Shown: one piece after another, positions 9,647 to 17,718 of the stretch
How positions within the stretch are numbered: the first letter of the stretch is position 1
Layout: every line of letters begins with the position of its first letter
NCBI RefSeq assembly: GCF_000186885.1
Contig: NC_014972.1
Location: 1,890,001-1,922,000, forward strand
Direction: 5' to 3'
Length of the DNA stretch: 32,000 nucleotides
Origin: Desulfobulbus propionicus DSM 2032
GTDB lineage: Bacteria; Desulfobacterota; Desulfobulbia; Desulfobulbales; Desulfobulbaceae
Notes under the pieces: model-generated
The model's input: only the letters and a program-made list of their open reading frames with translations
The model's database searches: none
What the model was told of the DNA's origin: nothing
Position numbers and translations under genes: made by a program

Positions 9647-10231
9647 CTAGATGTGATCCCTTTTTTTCTGCGTTGTCGCGGTTTGGCCCTGGAAAATGAT
9701 CGATAAAATTTCCATCGTTCCCTGACGGTTTTCCGCGGCGATCGCCTGAATGCTTTGCTCCGTGCCCTGCGCTCGTATCCCCTTGTTCCACAAGAGCTGA
9801 ACGGTCTCCTCGGGCAAGCGATTGGCGACCTTGGCCACGGTGGACAGCGGTGCCCGCACCAGCGCCTCTGTGATCCTTTCGGCCGGGTGTCTGTGTTGCT
9901 GTTGGTCCCCAATGCCCATGGGCAGCACGCTGGCTCCCAGGAGCAGAAAAAAGAAGACCACGACGACCTTGGCCAGCGGCTGGGAAAGGGTGGAGGTGAA
10001 GGAGCGGCGATTATGCACGAGATGCAGGAGGGCGGCGATGACCAGCAGCCAGCTGATCCATTCGTGCGCCGGCTTGACCAGGCCACCATGAATGTTGAAA
10101 AACAGCAGGATACCGGTCACTGCGGTGAAGATGAAGGTGCCAAAGGTGAACGGGGTCAGCCAGCTGCGTTGTATCTGCCAGGAGCGTTTGGTTATTCGGT
10201 CGGTTGGGTTGAGTCCATTGATGGGTTGCAT
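9647..10231 (-). CDS. Membrane protein, DUF4405-like (tentative), with a soluble C-terminal extension
   Basis: I prefer the start at MQPINGLNP (10231), which has a GAGGA RBS. Three to four hydrophobic helices (FTFGTFIFTAVTGILLFF, WISWLLVIAALLHLVH, VVVVFFFLLLGASVL) carry conserved His residues. Confidence 0.65.
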   Translation of the reverse strand: MQPINGLNPTDRITKRSWQIQRSWLTPFTFGTFIFTAVTGILLFFNIHGGLVKPAHEWISWLLVIAALLHLVHNRRSFTSTLSQPLAKVVVVFFFLLLGASVLPMGIGDQQQHRHPAERITEALVRAPLSTVAKVANRLPEETVQLLWNKGIRAQGTEQSIQAIAAENRQGTMEILSIIFQGQTATTQKKRDHI

Positions 10232-10412
10232 GTGTATCCTCGCTAATGATGGTGGTGAGGGATGGGGCGAACGAGCACACAAGGCGCAACCGGTTCAGTG
10301 CGGGTCGTACAGCGCGAACGGGCAATGGACAGGATCGAGCACGGCAGCGTCTTGTGCGGTGAACCGGAGAACAGCGGTTCACGGGAACGGCATCCTCCGG
10401 CATTGATTCAAC

Positions 10413-10709
10413 TCATTCCTGTTCCTTGTCCGGAGGTGGCGGCGGGTCATTCAGCGGTTTGGCCACCAGGCGGCCATCTCTTTCTGTACAGATCGCGTCA
10501 ATGACGTGACCGTGCGGGGTTTCGATACTCACCGCCTCGCCGGCCTGTTTGTCCGTGCATGCCTGGAAGAATTCCGGCGGTGGCCCTTGTGGACGTTCCC
10601 GCCTCTGCGGCCTTTCCTGATCGGTGTCGACCGCCGCCAGGCCGACACTCGGCGCGGTGAGCAGCAAGCCGATGAGCATTGCGGCTGCAAGCAATCCTTT
10701 CGGTTCCAT
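10413..10709 (-). CDS. Small secreted protein of unknown function (signal peptide, two Cys, Pro-rich ends)
   Basis: 98 aa. MEPKGLLAAAMLIGLLLTAPSVGLAA is a signal peptide. GGAGA RBS 7 nt upstream of the ATG. No family recognised. Confidence 0.6.
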   Translation of the reverse strand: MEPKGLLAAAMLIGLLLTAPSVGLAAVDTDQERPQRRERPQGPPPEFFQACTDKQAGEAVSIETPHGHVIDAICTERDGRLVAKPLNDPPPPPDKEQE

Positions 10710-10891
10710 GATGAATCTCCATGTGGTAGTGGTGGTGGGGCGAATCCCCCATATTGATCAACAATGCCTCCACCTTACCCCGTCATTGTGCAAGAAATGT
10801 GGAAGAAAAAAGGAAATCGGTGATTGGGCGAAAAGAGGGTGGAAGTGGTCGGCAGGGGTGTGGTAGGTACAGGCCGGGAGGAGCACTTTTG

Positions 10892-12352
10892 ATGAAAACA
10901 CCCTTGACCCTCGGTATTCGCTACCGTTTGTTTTTCGCCTTTCTTGCCGCCGCCTGCTGCGTCATCGTCAGCATGTTCGTGGTCACCAGAATCAGTTTTG
11001 AGCGCGGGGCCTTCCGCTATGTCCATCTGGTGGAGAAGGAGCGGCTGGAACTCCTGGCCCGCACCCTGGAGCAGTTCTACGCGGAAAAAAAGCAGTGGAA
11101 TTTTCTTGAGCAGGAGCCAACGACCTGGATGGAACTGGTCGCGGGCAGCAGACCGCTGCACCACCCGCTGTTCAAGCTCCATAAACGCATGGGCGCGCTG
11201 GTCGATGGGCACGGCCCCTCGCTCCAGCTGGAACCGCCCCCGCCTCCCTTGCCCAAGGGCGAACAGATTTTCGAACTCAGGGTCCTGTTGCTCGATGCCG
11301 ACAAGCATCGGCTATATGGTCCGGCCGAGCCCTGGCCGCAGCCACCCTTTCTGCTGCCTCTCAATACCGGGGAGCGGAAGATCGGCTATCTTGGCCTGAT
11401 CCCGCCGCGTATCCTGGCCGATGTCCGGGTGCGCCAATTTGTCCGCGAGCAGCACCATGCCCTGATCGTCATTGCCCTGTGCATTGCCGCTGGCGCGGCC
11501 CTGTTGTCCATCCCCTTGGCGGGCCGGCTGGTGCGGCGCATCACCGCCCTGGCGGCAGCCACCAACCGTCTGGCTTCGGGGTACTATGACATCCGCGTAC
11601 CCGTTGAAACCAGCGATGAACTGGGCCAATTGGCCCGTGATTTCAACCGCCTTGCCCAGACCTTGCATCGCAACGAGCAGTTGCGCCGTCGCTGGGTGGC
11701 GGATATCTCCCATGAATTGCGCACCCCGCTCTCGGTTCTGCGTGCCGAGATCGAGGCCATTCAAGACGGTGTTCGTCAATGGACGCCGCAGACCATGGAA
11801 CACCTCCATGGCGAGATCCTCCATCTCAGCCGGTTGGTCGACGATCTGTACAAATTGGCACTGGCCGACATCGGGGCATTGACCTATCGCAAGGAACAGC
11901 TCGACCTGACCGCCCTGGTTGCCCAGGTTGTTCTCGCCTTTCGGGAACGGTTCGAGGCCCACCGCCTGCACTTGGACTACACCGAGCCCAACCGGCCGCT
12001 GGTCGTGTTTGCCGACGCGGAGCGGCTGCGTCAACTGCTCGCCAACCTGTTGCACAATGCACTGCGTTATACCGATGCCGGCGGTACATTGCGGGTGCGC
12101 CTCACCGAGGAGGGGGGCTGCGTACTGTTACGGTTGAGTGATTCCGCCCCGGGCGTGCCCGACGAAGCCCTGGAGCGGCTATTTGAACGTCTGTACCGGG
12201 TCGAGGGGTCGCGCAGCCGGGCTCACGGCGGCGCCGGCCTGGGCCTGGCCCTGTGCAAATCGATTGTCGAGGGCCATGGCGGAACCATCCGGGCCGCGCA
12301 CTCCGATCTGGGTGGCCTGGAAATACGCATCACCTTGCCAACCAACGGATGA
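10892..12352 (+). CDS. baeS: Envelope-stress sensor histidine kinase, BaeS-like (2 TM, HAMP, HisKA, HATPase_c)
   Basis: Start MKTPLTLGIRYRLFF at 10892 with a GGGAGGAG RBS. VTRISFERG, ADISHELRTPLSVLRAEIEAIQDGVRQWTPQT and LFERLYRVEGSRSRAHGGAGLGLALC align closely with E. coli BaeS as I recall it. Confidence 0.88.
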   Translation: MKTPLTLGIRYRLFFAFLAAACCVIVSMFVVTRISFERGAFRYVHLVEKERLELLARTLEQFYAEKKQWNFLEQEPTTWMELVAGSRPLHHPLFKLHKRMGALVDGHGPSLQLEPPPPPLPKGEQIFELRVLLLDADKHRLYGPAEPWPQPPFLLPLNTGERKIGYLGLIPPRILADVRVRQFVREQHHALIVIALCIAAGAALLSIPLAGRLVRRITALAAATNRLASGYYDIRVPVETSDELGQLARDFNRLAQTLHRNEQLRRRWVADISHELRTPLSVLRAEIEAIQDGVRQWTPQTMEHLHGEILHLSRLVDDLYKLALADIGALTYRKEQLDLTALVAQVVLAFRERFEAHRLHLDYTEPNRPLVVFADAERLRQLLANLLHNALRYTDAGGTLRVRLTEEGGCVLLRLSDSAPGVPDEALERLFERLYRVEGSRSRAHGGAGLGLALCKSIVEGHGGTIRAAHSDLGGLEIRITLPTNG

Positions 12353-13029
12353 TGGCCATGCAACGGATCCTCGTGGTTGAGGACGAACAGCGTCTGGCCT
12401 CGATTCTGGCCGATTATCTCCACGCCGCCGGTTACTCCACCCATTGCCTGGGCGAGGGAAGGGGAGTGGTGGCGTGGGTGCGGGGCAATCGGCCCGATCT
12501 GATCCTTTTGGATCTGATGCTGCCCGGTCGCGACGGCATGGAAATCTGCAAGGAAATACGAACCTTTTCCACCGTGCCGATCATCATGGTCACCGCCCGC
12601 ATCGAGGAGATCGACCGGCTGCTCGGCCTGGAACTGGGCGCGGACGACTATGTCTGCAAACCCTTTAGTCCGCGCGAGGTGGTGGCCCGTGTCAAGGCGG
12701 TGCTCCGTCGCACGAGTGCCCGCACCCCCGCCCCTCATGGGCTGAGGGTCGACGCATCGACCATGCGGGTCAGCCTTGACGGTCACCATCTTGATCTCAC
12801 GGCGGTTGAATTCAAACTGCTGGCCTTTCTTCTTGCCCATCCGGGCCGAATCTACAGCCGCGAGCAACTGATGGAAGGCATGTATCCCGATCAGCGTATT
12901 GTCAACGACCGGACCATCGACAGCCACATCAAGAAATTGCGCCGCAAGCTGGATCTGGCGCGTTCCGGGTGCAACCTGATCCGTTCGGTGTACGGTGTTG
13001 GCTACACCTTCGATCCGGATCCGGAATAG
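12349..13029 (+). CDS. baeR: OmpR-family response regulator, BaeR-like
   Basis: ATGA start/stop overlap with baeS. ILVVEDE...PDLILLDLMLPG.DG...IIMVTARIEEIDRLLGLELGADDYVCKPFSPREVVARVKAVLRR...DRTIDSHIKKLRRKL...VYGVGY is nearly colinear with E. coli BaeR. Confidence 0.9.
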   Translation: MMAMQRILVVEDEQRLASILADYLHAAGYSTHCLGEGRGVVAWVRGNRPDLILLDLMLPGRDGMEICKEIRTFSTVPIIMVTARIEEIDRLLGLELGADDYVCKPFSPREVVARVKAVLRRTSARTPAPHGLRVDASTMRVSLDGHHLDLTAVEFKLLAFLLAHPGRIYSREQLMEGMYPDQRIVNDRTIDSHIKKLRRKLDLARSGCNLIRSVYGVGYTFDPDPE

Positions 13030-13075
13030 GCCGTGCCGACTGTTCCGCAACGTGCTGTTATCCTTTCATGATCTG

Positions 13076-13104
13076 TGGGCATTTGTCGGCAGGCATGGTA
13101 TAGT
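13076..13104 (+). promoter_or_regulatory. Candidate extended -10 promoter for the esterase gene
   Basis: TGGGCA (-35-like, 13076-13081), 17-nt spacing, then TGgTATAGT (13096-13104), about 50 nt before the start codon. Motif match only. Confidence 0.35.
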
Positions 13105-13156
13105 GCCGCCTCTGGTCCTCGTCCGTCCCGTTTCAACCACCGCAGCGGAGGTTCCC

Positions 13157-13819
13157 ATGACCCTATTGCCGGCCATTGAGCAGGAAACCCGCCCCGATCC
13201 CGATGCCAGCGTCATTTGGCTGCATGGCCTGGGGGCCAACGGTTATGATTTCGCCCCGATCGTTCCGGAATTGAACCTGCCCGACACCTTGGCCATCAGG
13301 TTTATTTTTCCCCATGCCCCGGCCGTGCCGGTGACAGTGAACGGCGGTTACGTCATGCCTGCCTGGTTCGACATTCTGGAGATGGATATTGATCGCCGGG
13401 TCGACAGCGACCAACTGTTGCGCTCGGCCGCGGCCATCACCCGCTTCATCGAGCGGGAACGGGAACGCGGCATCGCCAGCCGCCGCATCATCCTCGCCGG
13501 CTTTTCCCAGGGCGGCGCCGTTGCCTATCAGGTCAGCCTCAGTCATCTCGAGCCGCTGGGCGGACTGATCGCCATGTCCACCTATTTCGCGACCAGTGAT
13601 TCGATTGCCCTGAGCGAAGCCAACCTGGACCTGCCGATCGAAATCCATCACGGCCTCTACGACCAGGTGGTGCCTCAGGCACTGGGTATTCGGGCTGCCG
13701 AATTTCTCAAGGATCGCGGCTATGCGGTCGTCTTCCGCACCTATCCCATGGAGCACGCGGTCTGCCCCCGGCAGATCGCTCATATTTCCGAAGCGTTGCA
13801 GCGTTTATTGCACTGCTAG
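13157..13819 (+). CDS. Carboxylesterase/phospholipase-family alpha/beta hydrolase
   Basis: 220 aa starting MTLLPAIEQ, with a GGAGG RBS. VIWLHGLGANGYDF, nucleophile elbow GFSQGG, and IEIHHGLYDQVVP...MEHAV supplying the probable Asp/His of the triad. Confidence 0.88.
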   Translation: MTLLPAIEQETRPDPDASVIWLHGLGANGYDFAPIVPELNLPDTLAIRFIFPHAPAVPVTVNGGYVMPAWFDILEMDIDRRVDSDQLLRSAAAITRFIERERERGIASRRIILAGFSQGGAVAYQVSLSHLEPLGGLIAMSTYFATSDSIALSEANLDLPIEIHHGLYDQVVPQALGIRAAEFLKDRGYAVVFRTYPMEHAVCPRQIAHISEALQRLLHC

Positions 13820-13855
13820 CCTCTGAAGGTTTCTGCTCCACGCTGGAGGCATCGC

Positions 13856-14932
13856 ATGGACATTCGCTCAAGAGCCGAGGCGCAGCAACGGGTTGATCAG
13901 TTGGCGGCCTTCCGCGCCGAACTGGCAATCATCGAACAGAAGCATGTGATCACGCTCGATGAAGGCCAACGGGAGGCGGTGCATCGCTATCACGACCAGG
14001 TGCTCGCCCGGTTGGCCGCTGTGTTTGATATCGACTTGACCAGCAGGGACAAGCAACTCAGCCTGGGAATGCGGATTACCGCCTTTTTCGGGGCCATGGG
14101 ACTTGCGGCCAGTGTGTTCTTTTTCTACTTTCAATACTGGGGATGGCTGGCCACCAACACCCAGGTGACCATCCTGGTCGCCATGCCGTTGGCGGGCTTG
14201 CTGCTCACCATGGCCGCGGTCTGGATGGAGCGATCCGGTTATTTTTCCAAGCTGTTCGCCCTGGTCAGTCTGGTTTGTTTCATGCTCGATTTCTCCCTGC
14301 TCGGTCAGATTTTCAACCTTGGGCCCACCCCTCATGCCTTGCTCGTTTGGGCGGCGTTTGCCTGCCTCCTCGCTTACGCGACTGAAGGACGCTTCCTGCT
14401 CGCCATGGGCATCCTCTGCTTTGCCGCCTTCCTTTCCGCGCAAACCGCCACCTGGAACGGCTGCTACTGGATCTCCTTTGGCGAGCGGCCGGAAAACTTC
14501 CTTCCGGCGGCACTGTGCTTTTTTCTGTTCGCTCTTCTCCCGCAACGTCGCTATACCGGCTTTCCCGCCATTTACCGGATCTTTGCCCTGCTGTTTTTTT
14601 TCCTGCCGGCGCTGATCCTCTGCAATTGGGGGGCTCTGAGCTATATCGACCTGGCCCCTGAGCGCATCGAAGCCCTCTACCAAGTGCTCGGCTTTGTCGC
14701 CAGCGCGGCGGCCATCGGCCTTGGTATCGTCAAGGGGTGGCCCGAGACGGTCAACAGCGGCACTGTGTTTTTGACTCTTTTTCTCTACACGAAATTTTAC
14801 GACTGGTGGTGGGACTGGATGCCCAAGTACCAGTTTTTTTTGATCATCGGCCTGACTGCCCTGTGCATGCTGCTGATTCTCAAAAGAATGCGCTTCCTCT
14901 CGATCCGGCGGAAGGCGGAGATGACGGTATGA
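13856..14932 (+). CDS. Polytopic membrane protein with an N-terminal soluble helical region (DUF2157-like, tentative)
   Basis: 358 aa. A hydrophilic head of about 70 aa is followed by about 9 hydrophobic helices. No catalytic motif recognised. Confidence 0.7.
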   Translation: MDIRSRAEAQQRVDQLAAFRAELAIIEQKHVITLDEGQREAVHRYHDQVLARLAAVFDIDLTSRDKQLSLGMRITAFFGAMGLAASVFFFYFQYWGWLATNTQVTILVAMPLAGLLLTMAAVWMERSGYFSKLFALVSLVCFMLDFSLLGQIFNLGPTPHALLVWAAFACLLAYATEGRFLLAMGILCFAAFLSAQTATWNGCYWISFGERPENFLPAALCFFLFALLPQRRYTGFPAIYRIFALLFFFLPALILCNWGALSYIDLAPERIEALYQVLGFVASAAAIGLGIVKGWPETVNSGTVFLTLFLYTKFYDWWWDWMPKYQFFLIIGLTALCMLLILKRMRFLSIRRKAEMTV

Positions 14933-15780
14933 ATGCGGCCGTGGTTCGTGGTCTGCTCTTGGCCGTCGGCTTTCTCTTGATCGCTGTGGCGAATGGCATG
15001 ATTCTTTTCCAGGTGAATGCGAACAGGAAAGGGGAGGCCGAGGCGCGTTTGTGGCTGACCGAGCGGGAAATGCCGCAAGCGTTTTGGCTGGCCCATGAAA
15101 ACAGTGGCATGGAGCTGCGCCTGGTCTGGCGAACCTTGAGCCGTGACGTAAATGGGGGCGAGGACCGCATGCCCTCCTGGCTGAGCGGTAAAAAACTGGA
15201 GGAATTGGGGTTTCGATTCGTCGATGGCTTGTCGGTGGACAACCAGCCCACCAAGGTGTTGATGTCCAAGAAAGTGTATCTGGTCCTTGAATACAACGGC
15301 CCGGCCTACCAAACCGCGCGCAGGCGGGTGGCGCAGATTCTGGAGCACGAGGAAGCGGCGTTGCGCGCCAATCCTGCCGACAGGAACGGATCGATCCGGC
15401 TCCAAGCCAAAAAGCGTATCCGTGCCGAGGAACAGAGCGAGTCACGGCTGTTTGTCATTGATGCCGGACTTGATCCCCAACCGCTGCGGACAAGCTATCC
15501 CGAGACAAACCGGTTCATCGTCACCCCGGGGGTGATCGAGCTGATGTACCGCACCGAAGGGGGCAGGCAGTGGGCGGCCGGCGCCATCCGCTCAATCAGC
15601 CCCGACACGGTGCATGTTCCCCTGGAACACAGGGTGACGCTCGAACAGCTTGCAGGGAAAGGCAAGTTCTTGTCCACCGAGGGAAAAGCGCCACGATATG
15701 AGGTCGAACTGGTGTACGGGTCTCGACGCGTACCGTGGATTGCCGCCATTCGTCCGCTGGCAGCGCCCTTGGCAGAATAG
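14929..15780 (+). CDS. Membrane-anchored hypothetical protein, translationally coupled to the preceding gene (DUF4824-like?, tentative)
   Basis: ATGA overlap with the upstream stop. MNAAVVRGLLLAVGFLLIAVANGMILF is a single N-terminal anchor; the rest is soluble. The longer tracked ORF from 14737 is rejected. Confidence 0.65.
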   Translation: MNAAVVRGLLLAVGFLLIAVANGMILFQVNANRKGEAEARLWLTEREMPQAFWLAHENSGMELRLVWRTLSRDVNGGEDRMPSWLSGKKLEELGFRFVDGLSVDNQPTKVLMSKKVYLVLEYNGPAYQTARRRVAQILEHEEAALRANPADRNGSIRLQAKKRIRAEEQSESRLFVIDAGLDPQPLRTSYPETNRFIVTPGVIELMYRTEGGRQWAAGAIRSISPDTVHVPLEHRVTLEQLAGKGKFLSTEGKAPRYEVELVYGSRRVPWIAAIRPLAAPLAE

Positions 15781-15856
15781 GAGAAATCGGCCACTGCCCC
15801 ACCCGCGCCGCACAAGGGTTCATTCTCAACAACAACGCCAACACACGGGAATCATC

Positions 15857-16834
15857 ATGACAGCATGCGTACCTCAAAAGCGTTTTCATGCCGCACGCGG
15901 CACCTGTTGGTCTTTGCGGACCTTTGTCCTGCTCGCGGTCCTTGTGCTCCTTGCCGTCACGGCGCAAACAGCGCAAGCGGGGTCAACGATGTCCAACTGG
16001 CCTCAGGTGGCGTTGTCCAAGGACAAGACACCGATCTCCTACGAGGTCTATGGTTCAGGAGAACCAACCCTGATACTGGTGCATGGCTGGAGCACCGATG
16101 CTCGATACTGGCGTTTGCAGGTGGAATACTTGGCCCGCAAATACCGGGTAGTGGCGCTTGATCTCGCCGGACACGGGCATTCAGGCCTGACCCGCGAAGA
16201 CTATTCGATGCAGGCCTTTGGCGAGGACGTGCGGGCGGTGGCCGAGGCGGTGGGCAGTTCCACGATCATTTTGGTCGGCCATTCCATGGGCGGCCAGGTG
16301 ATTGCCGAGGCGGCTCGGCTCATGCCGGAAAAGGTGATTGGCCTGATCGGGGTGGACAGTTACGACAATATCGAATATCCGATGAGCCGCTCGGAGATGG
16401 AGATGGTGCTCGCGCCGATGATTGATGACTTCCGGGAGGCAAGCCGCGCTTTCGTGGCGGACATGTTGCTGCCTTCCACCGATCCGCAGTTGCGCGCCTG
16501 GATCCTGGCGGATATGTCCTCGGCGCCTCCTCGTGTCGCTCTCAGCGCCTTGGAGGAGATGATGGACCTATTCGTCACCGGCAAGGCGGCGCGCGTTTTC
16601 GATGACGTCAAGGCGCCAGTGGTTTCGATCAATGGCGATCTGTGGCCGGTCAACACCGAGGCCAACCAACGGCACATGCATCTTTTGGAAACCATCACCA
16701 TCCAACAGAGCGATCATTTTCTCATGCTTGCCCGTCCCCATGCCTTCAACCAAGCCCTGGAACAAGGCGTCCATGCCATTCTGAGACATGCAGCGCAAAA
16801 GGAAACCAACGAAAGCGGTTCGTCCTTGCCCTGA
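15857..16834 (+). CDS. Secreted alpha/beta hydrolase
   Basis: Start MTACVPQKRF...LLAVTAQTAQA (signal peptide). LILVHGWSTDARYW, nucleophile elbow GHSMGG, and a late SDHF His motif. Confidence 0.85.
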   Translation: MTACVPQKRFHAARGTCWSLRTFVLLAVLVLLAVTAQTAQAGSTMSNWPQVALSKDKTPISYEVYGSGEPTLILVHGWSTDARYWRLQVEYLARKYRVVALDLAGHGHSGLTREDYSMQAFGEDVRAVAEAVGSSTIILVGHSMGGQVIAEAARLMPEKVIGLIGVDSYDNIEYPMSRSEMEMVLAPMIDDFREASRAFVADMLLPSTDPQLRAWILADMSSAPPRVALSALEEMMDLFVTGKAARVFDDVKAPVVSINGDLWPVNTEANQRHMHLLETITIQQSDHFLMLARPHAFNQALEQGVHAILRHAAQKETNESGSSLP

Positions 16835-16974
16835 ACAGACGGTGCGGTTTGTCCTTTTCGGCACCCTCCTTGGCGTCCTCAACGGGCAGGTTGCCTGGCC
16901 TGAGGAGGACGTCAACCGCTCTGTGGCTCTGTGCGGCAGGAATGCATCTTCCTGATTGAAGAGGGGAGCGGTCA

Positions 16975-17243
16975 GCATGCATTGCTTCTTTTGTGCGTGC
17001 GGTTAAGCATGCGGTACTTAAAAAAAATAACCCAAAAAAAACCGCTTCATATATTTTTTTTTCTGACGTATACTTCCGGTAATTGAACGGTTGCAAAACT
17101 ATCTTTCCGGAAAAACAACAATTTTCCCTGTAAAGAGTGGTCTCGCCATGGGTAATGGGGAAAAAGGATTTTCGTGCCCCTTTGCGAACTGTTTTTTTCA
17201 TTCTTCCTTTTAACTTTTCTTTGAACCTGAACGAGGTAGCTTT
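16975..17243 (+). promoter_or_regulatory. AT-rich non-coding leader/promoter region upstream of the mglB-like gene
   Basis: A8 tracts at 17020-17027 and 17034-17041, and a T9 tract at 17054-17062. Two GAAAA-N-TTTTC inverted repeats: GGAAAAacaacaaTTTTCC at 17109-17127 and GAAAAaggaTTTTC at 17160-17173. I could not place a convincing -35/-10 or -24/-12 pair. Confidence 0.4.
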
Positions 17244-17642
17244 ATGAATTATGGAGTTGTTAGCCAGGAGCAGCTTGAAAAGATAGATGAAATCCTGACT
17301 GAAAAGCTCATAAAGATAGGCGTTGACTGCGTTATCATTATCGATATGGCAGGAAACATCATTACCGCCAAGGATAACGGCACATCGAAATATGATGTCT
17401 ATTCGTTTGCCGCCCTGGCCGCCGGCAATTTCGCCACAGTCGATGCCATGGCTAAACTCGTTGGAGAACAGGAGTTTTCTCTCCTCTTTCATAAAGGAGC
17501 GGAATGCAACATTCATTTTTCAAAAATAGACGATGAACTCTTGCTCATCACCATGTTCGGCAAGAGCATATCTCTGGGATTTTTACGTCTCAACGTCGTT
17601 GAGGCCATTGAACGAATCAAGAAGATTTGGGCGCGCAAATAA
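17244..17642 (+). CDS. Roadblock/LC7-domain protein, MglB-like (putative GAP partner of the adjacent GTPase)
   Basis: 132 aa. VIIIDMAGNIITAKD...SFAALAAGNFATVDAMAKLVGEQEFSLLFHKGAECNIHFSKIDDELLLITMFGKSISLGFLRLNVVEAIERIKKIW aligns block for block with the M. xanthus MglB core as I recall it. The protein ends right after the Roadblock fold, with no acidic tail. Confidence 0.88.
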   Translation: MNYGVVSQEQLEKIDEILTEKLIKIGVDCVIIIDMAGNIITAKDNGTSKYDVYSFAALAAGNFATVDAMAKLVGEQEFSLLFHKGAECNIHFSKIDDELLLITMFGKSISLGFLRLNVVEAIERIKKIWARK

Positions 17643-17718
17643 TCGTCATCTTCGGTCAAGGCATTGGATGTATTTCAATTGTGCGTGTGTGATCAGCGTA
17701 AGGCCGTAGGAGAATGTG

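Noticed and set aside
10711-10730. TCTCCAT sequence resembling the core of the E. coli BaeR box in the baeS divergent region
   Set aside because: On the minus strand the same bases are the GGAGA Shine-Dalgarno sequence, 7 nt upstream of the small secreted protein's ATG. That explains the match, and the rest of the box does not fit.
10722-10866. TGTGGTAG 8-mer repeated 137 bp apart in the divergent regulatory region
   Set aside because: Too short and too far apart to distinguish from chance. It does not have the direct-repeat spacing typical of OmpR-family sites.
13006-13024. GATCCG GATCCG tandem repeat
   Set aside because: It simply encodes the Asp-Pro-Asp-Pro C-terminus of BaeR. Two copies of a hexamer have no evident significance.
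13868-15445. 525-aa minus-strand ORF
   Set aside because: It is antisense to the two coupled membrane-protein genes. The translation is Pro/Arg/Gly-rich low-complexity sequence with no start context or recognisable domain, whereas the plus-strand products have coherent TM-helix patterns.
17075-17100. Possible sigma54 (-24/-12) promoter around GG...TTGCA in the leader of the GTPase cassette
   Set aside because: The GG-to-GC spacing is 14 nt rather than the 11 nt required, and there is no TGGCAC-like -24 element.
16746-17516. 256-aa minus-strand ORF spanning the AT-rich leader
   Set aside because: It starts antisense inside the Roadblock gene and ends inside the hydrolase gene. It crosses homopolymer A/T tracts (giving KKK/FFF runs). 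It has no RBS or domain. The plus-strand Roadblock reading frame has clear homology.
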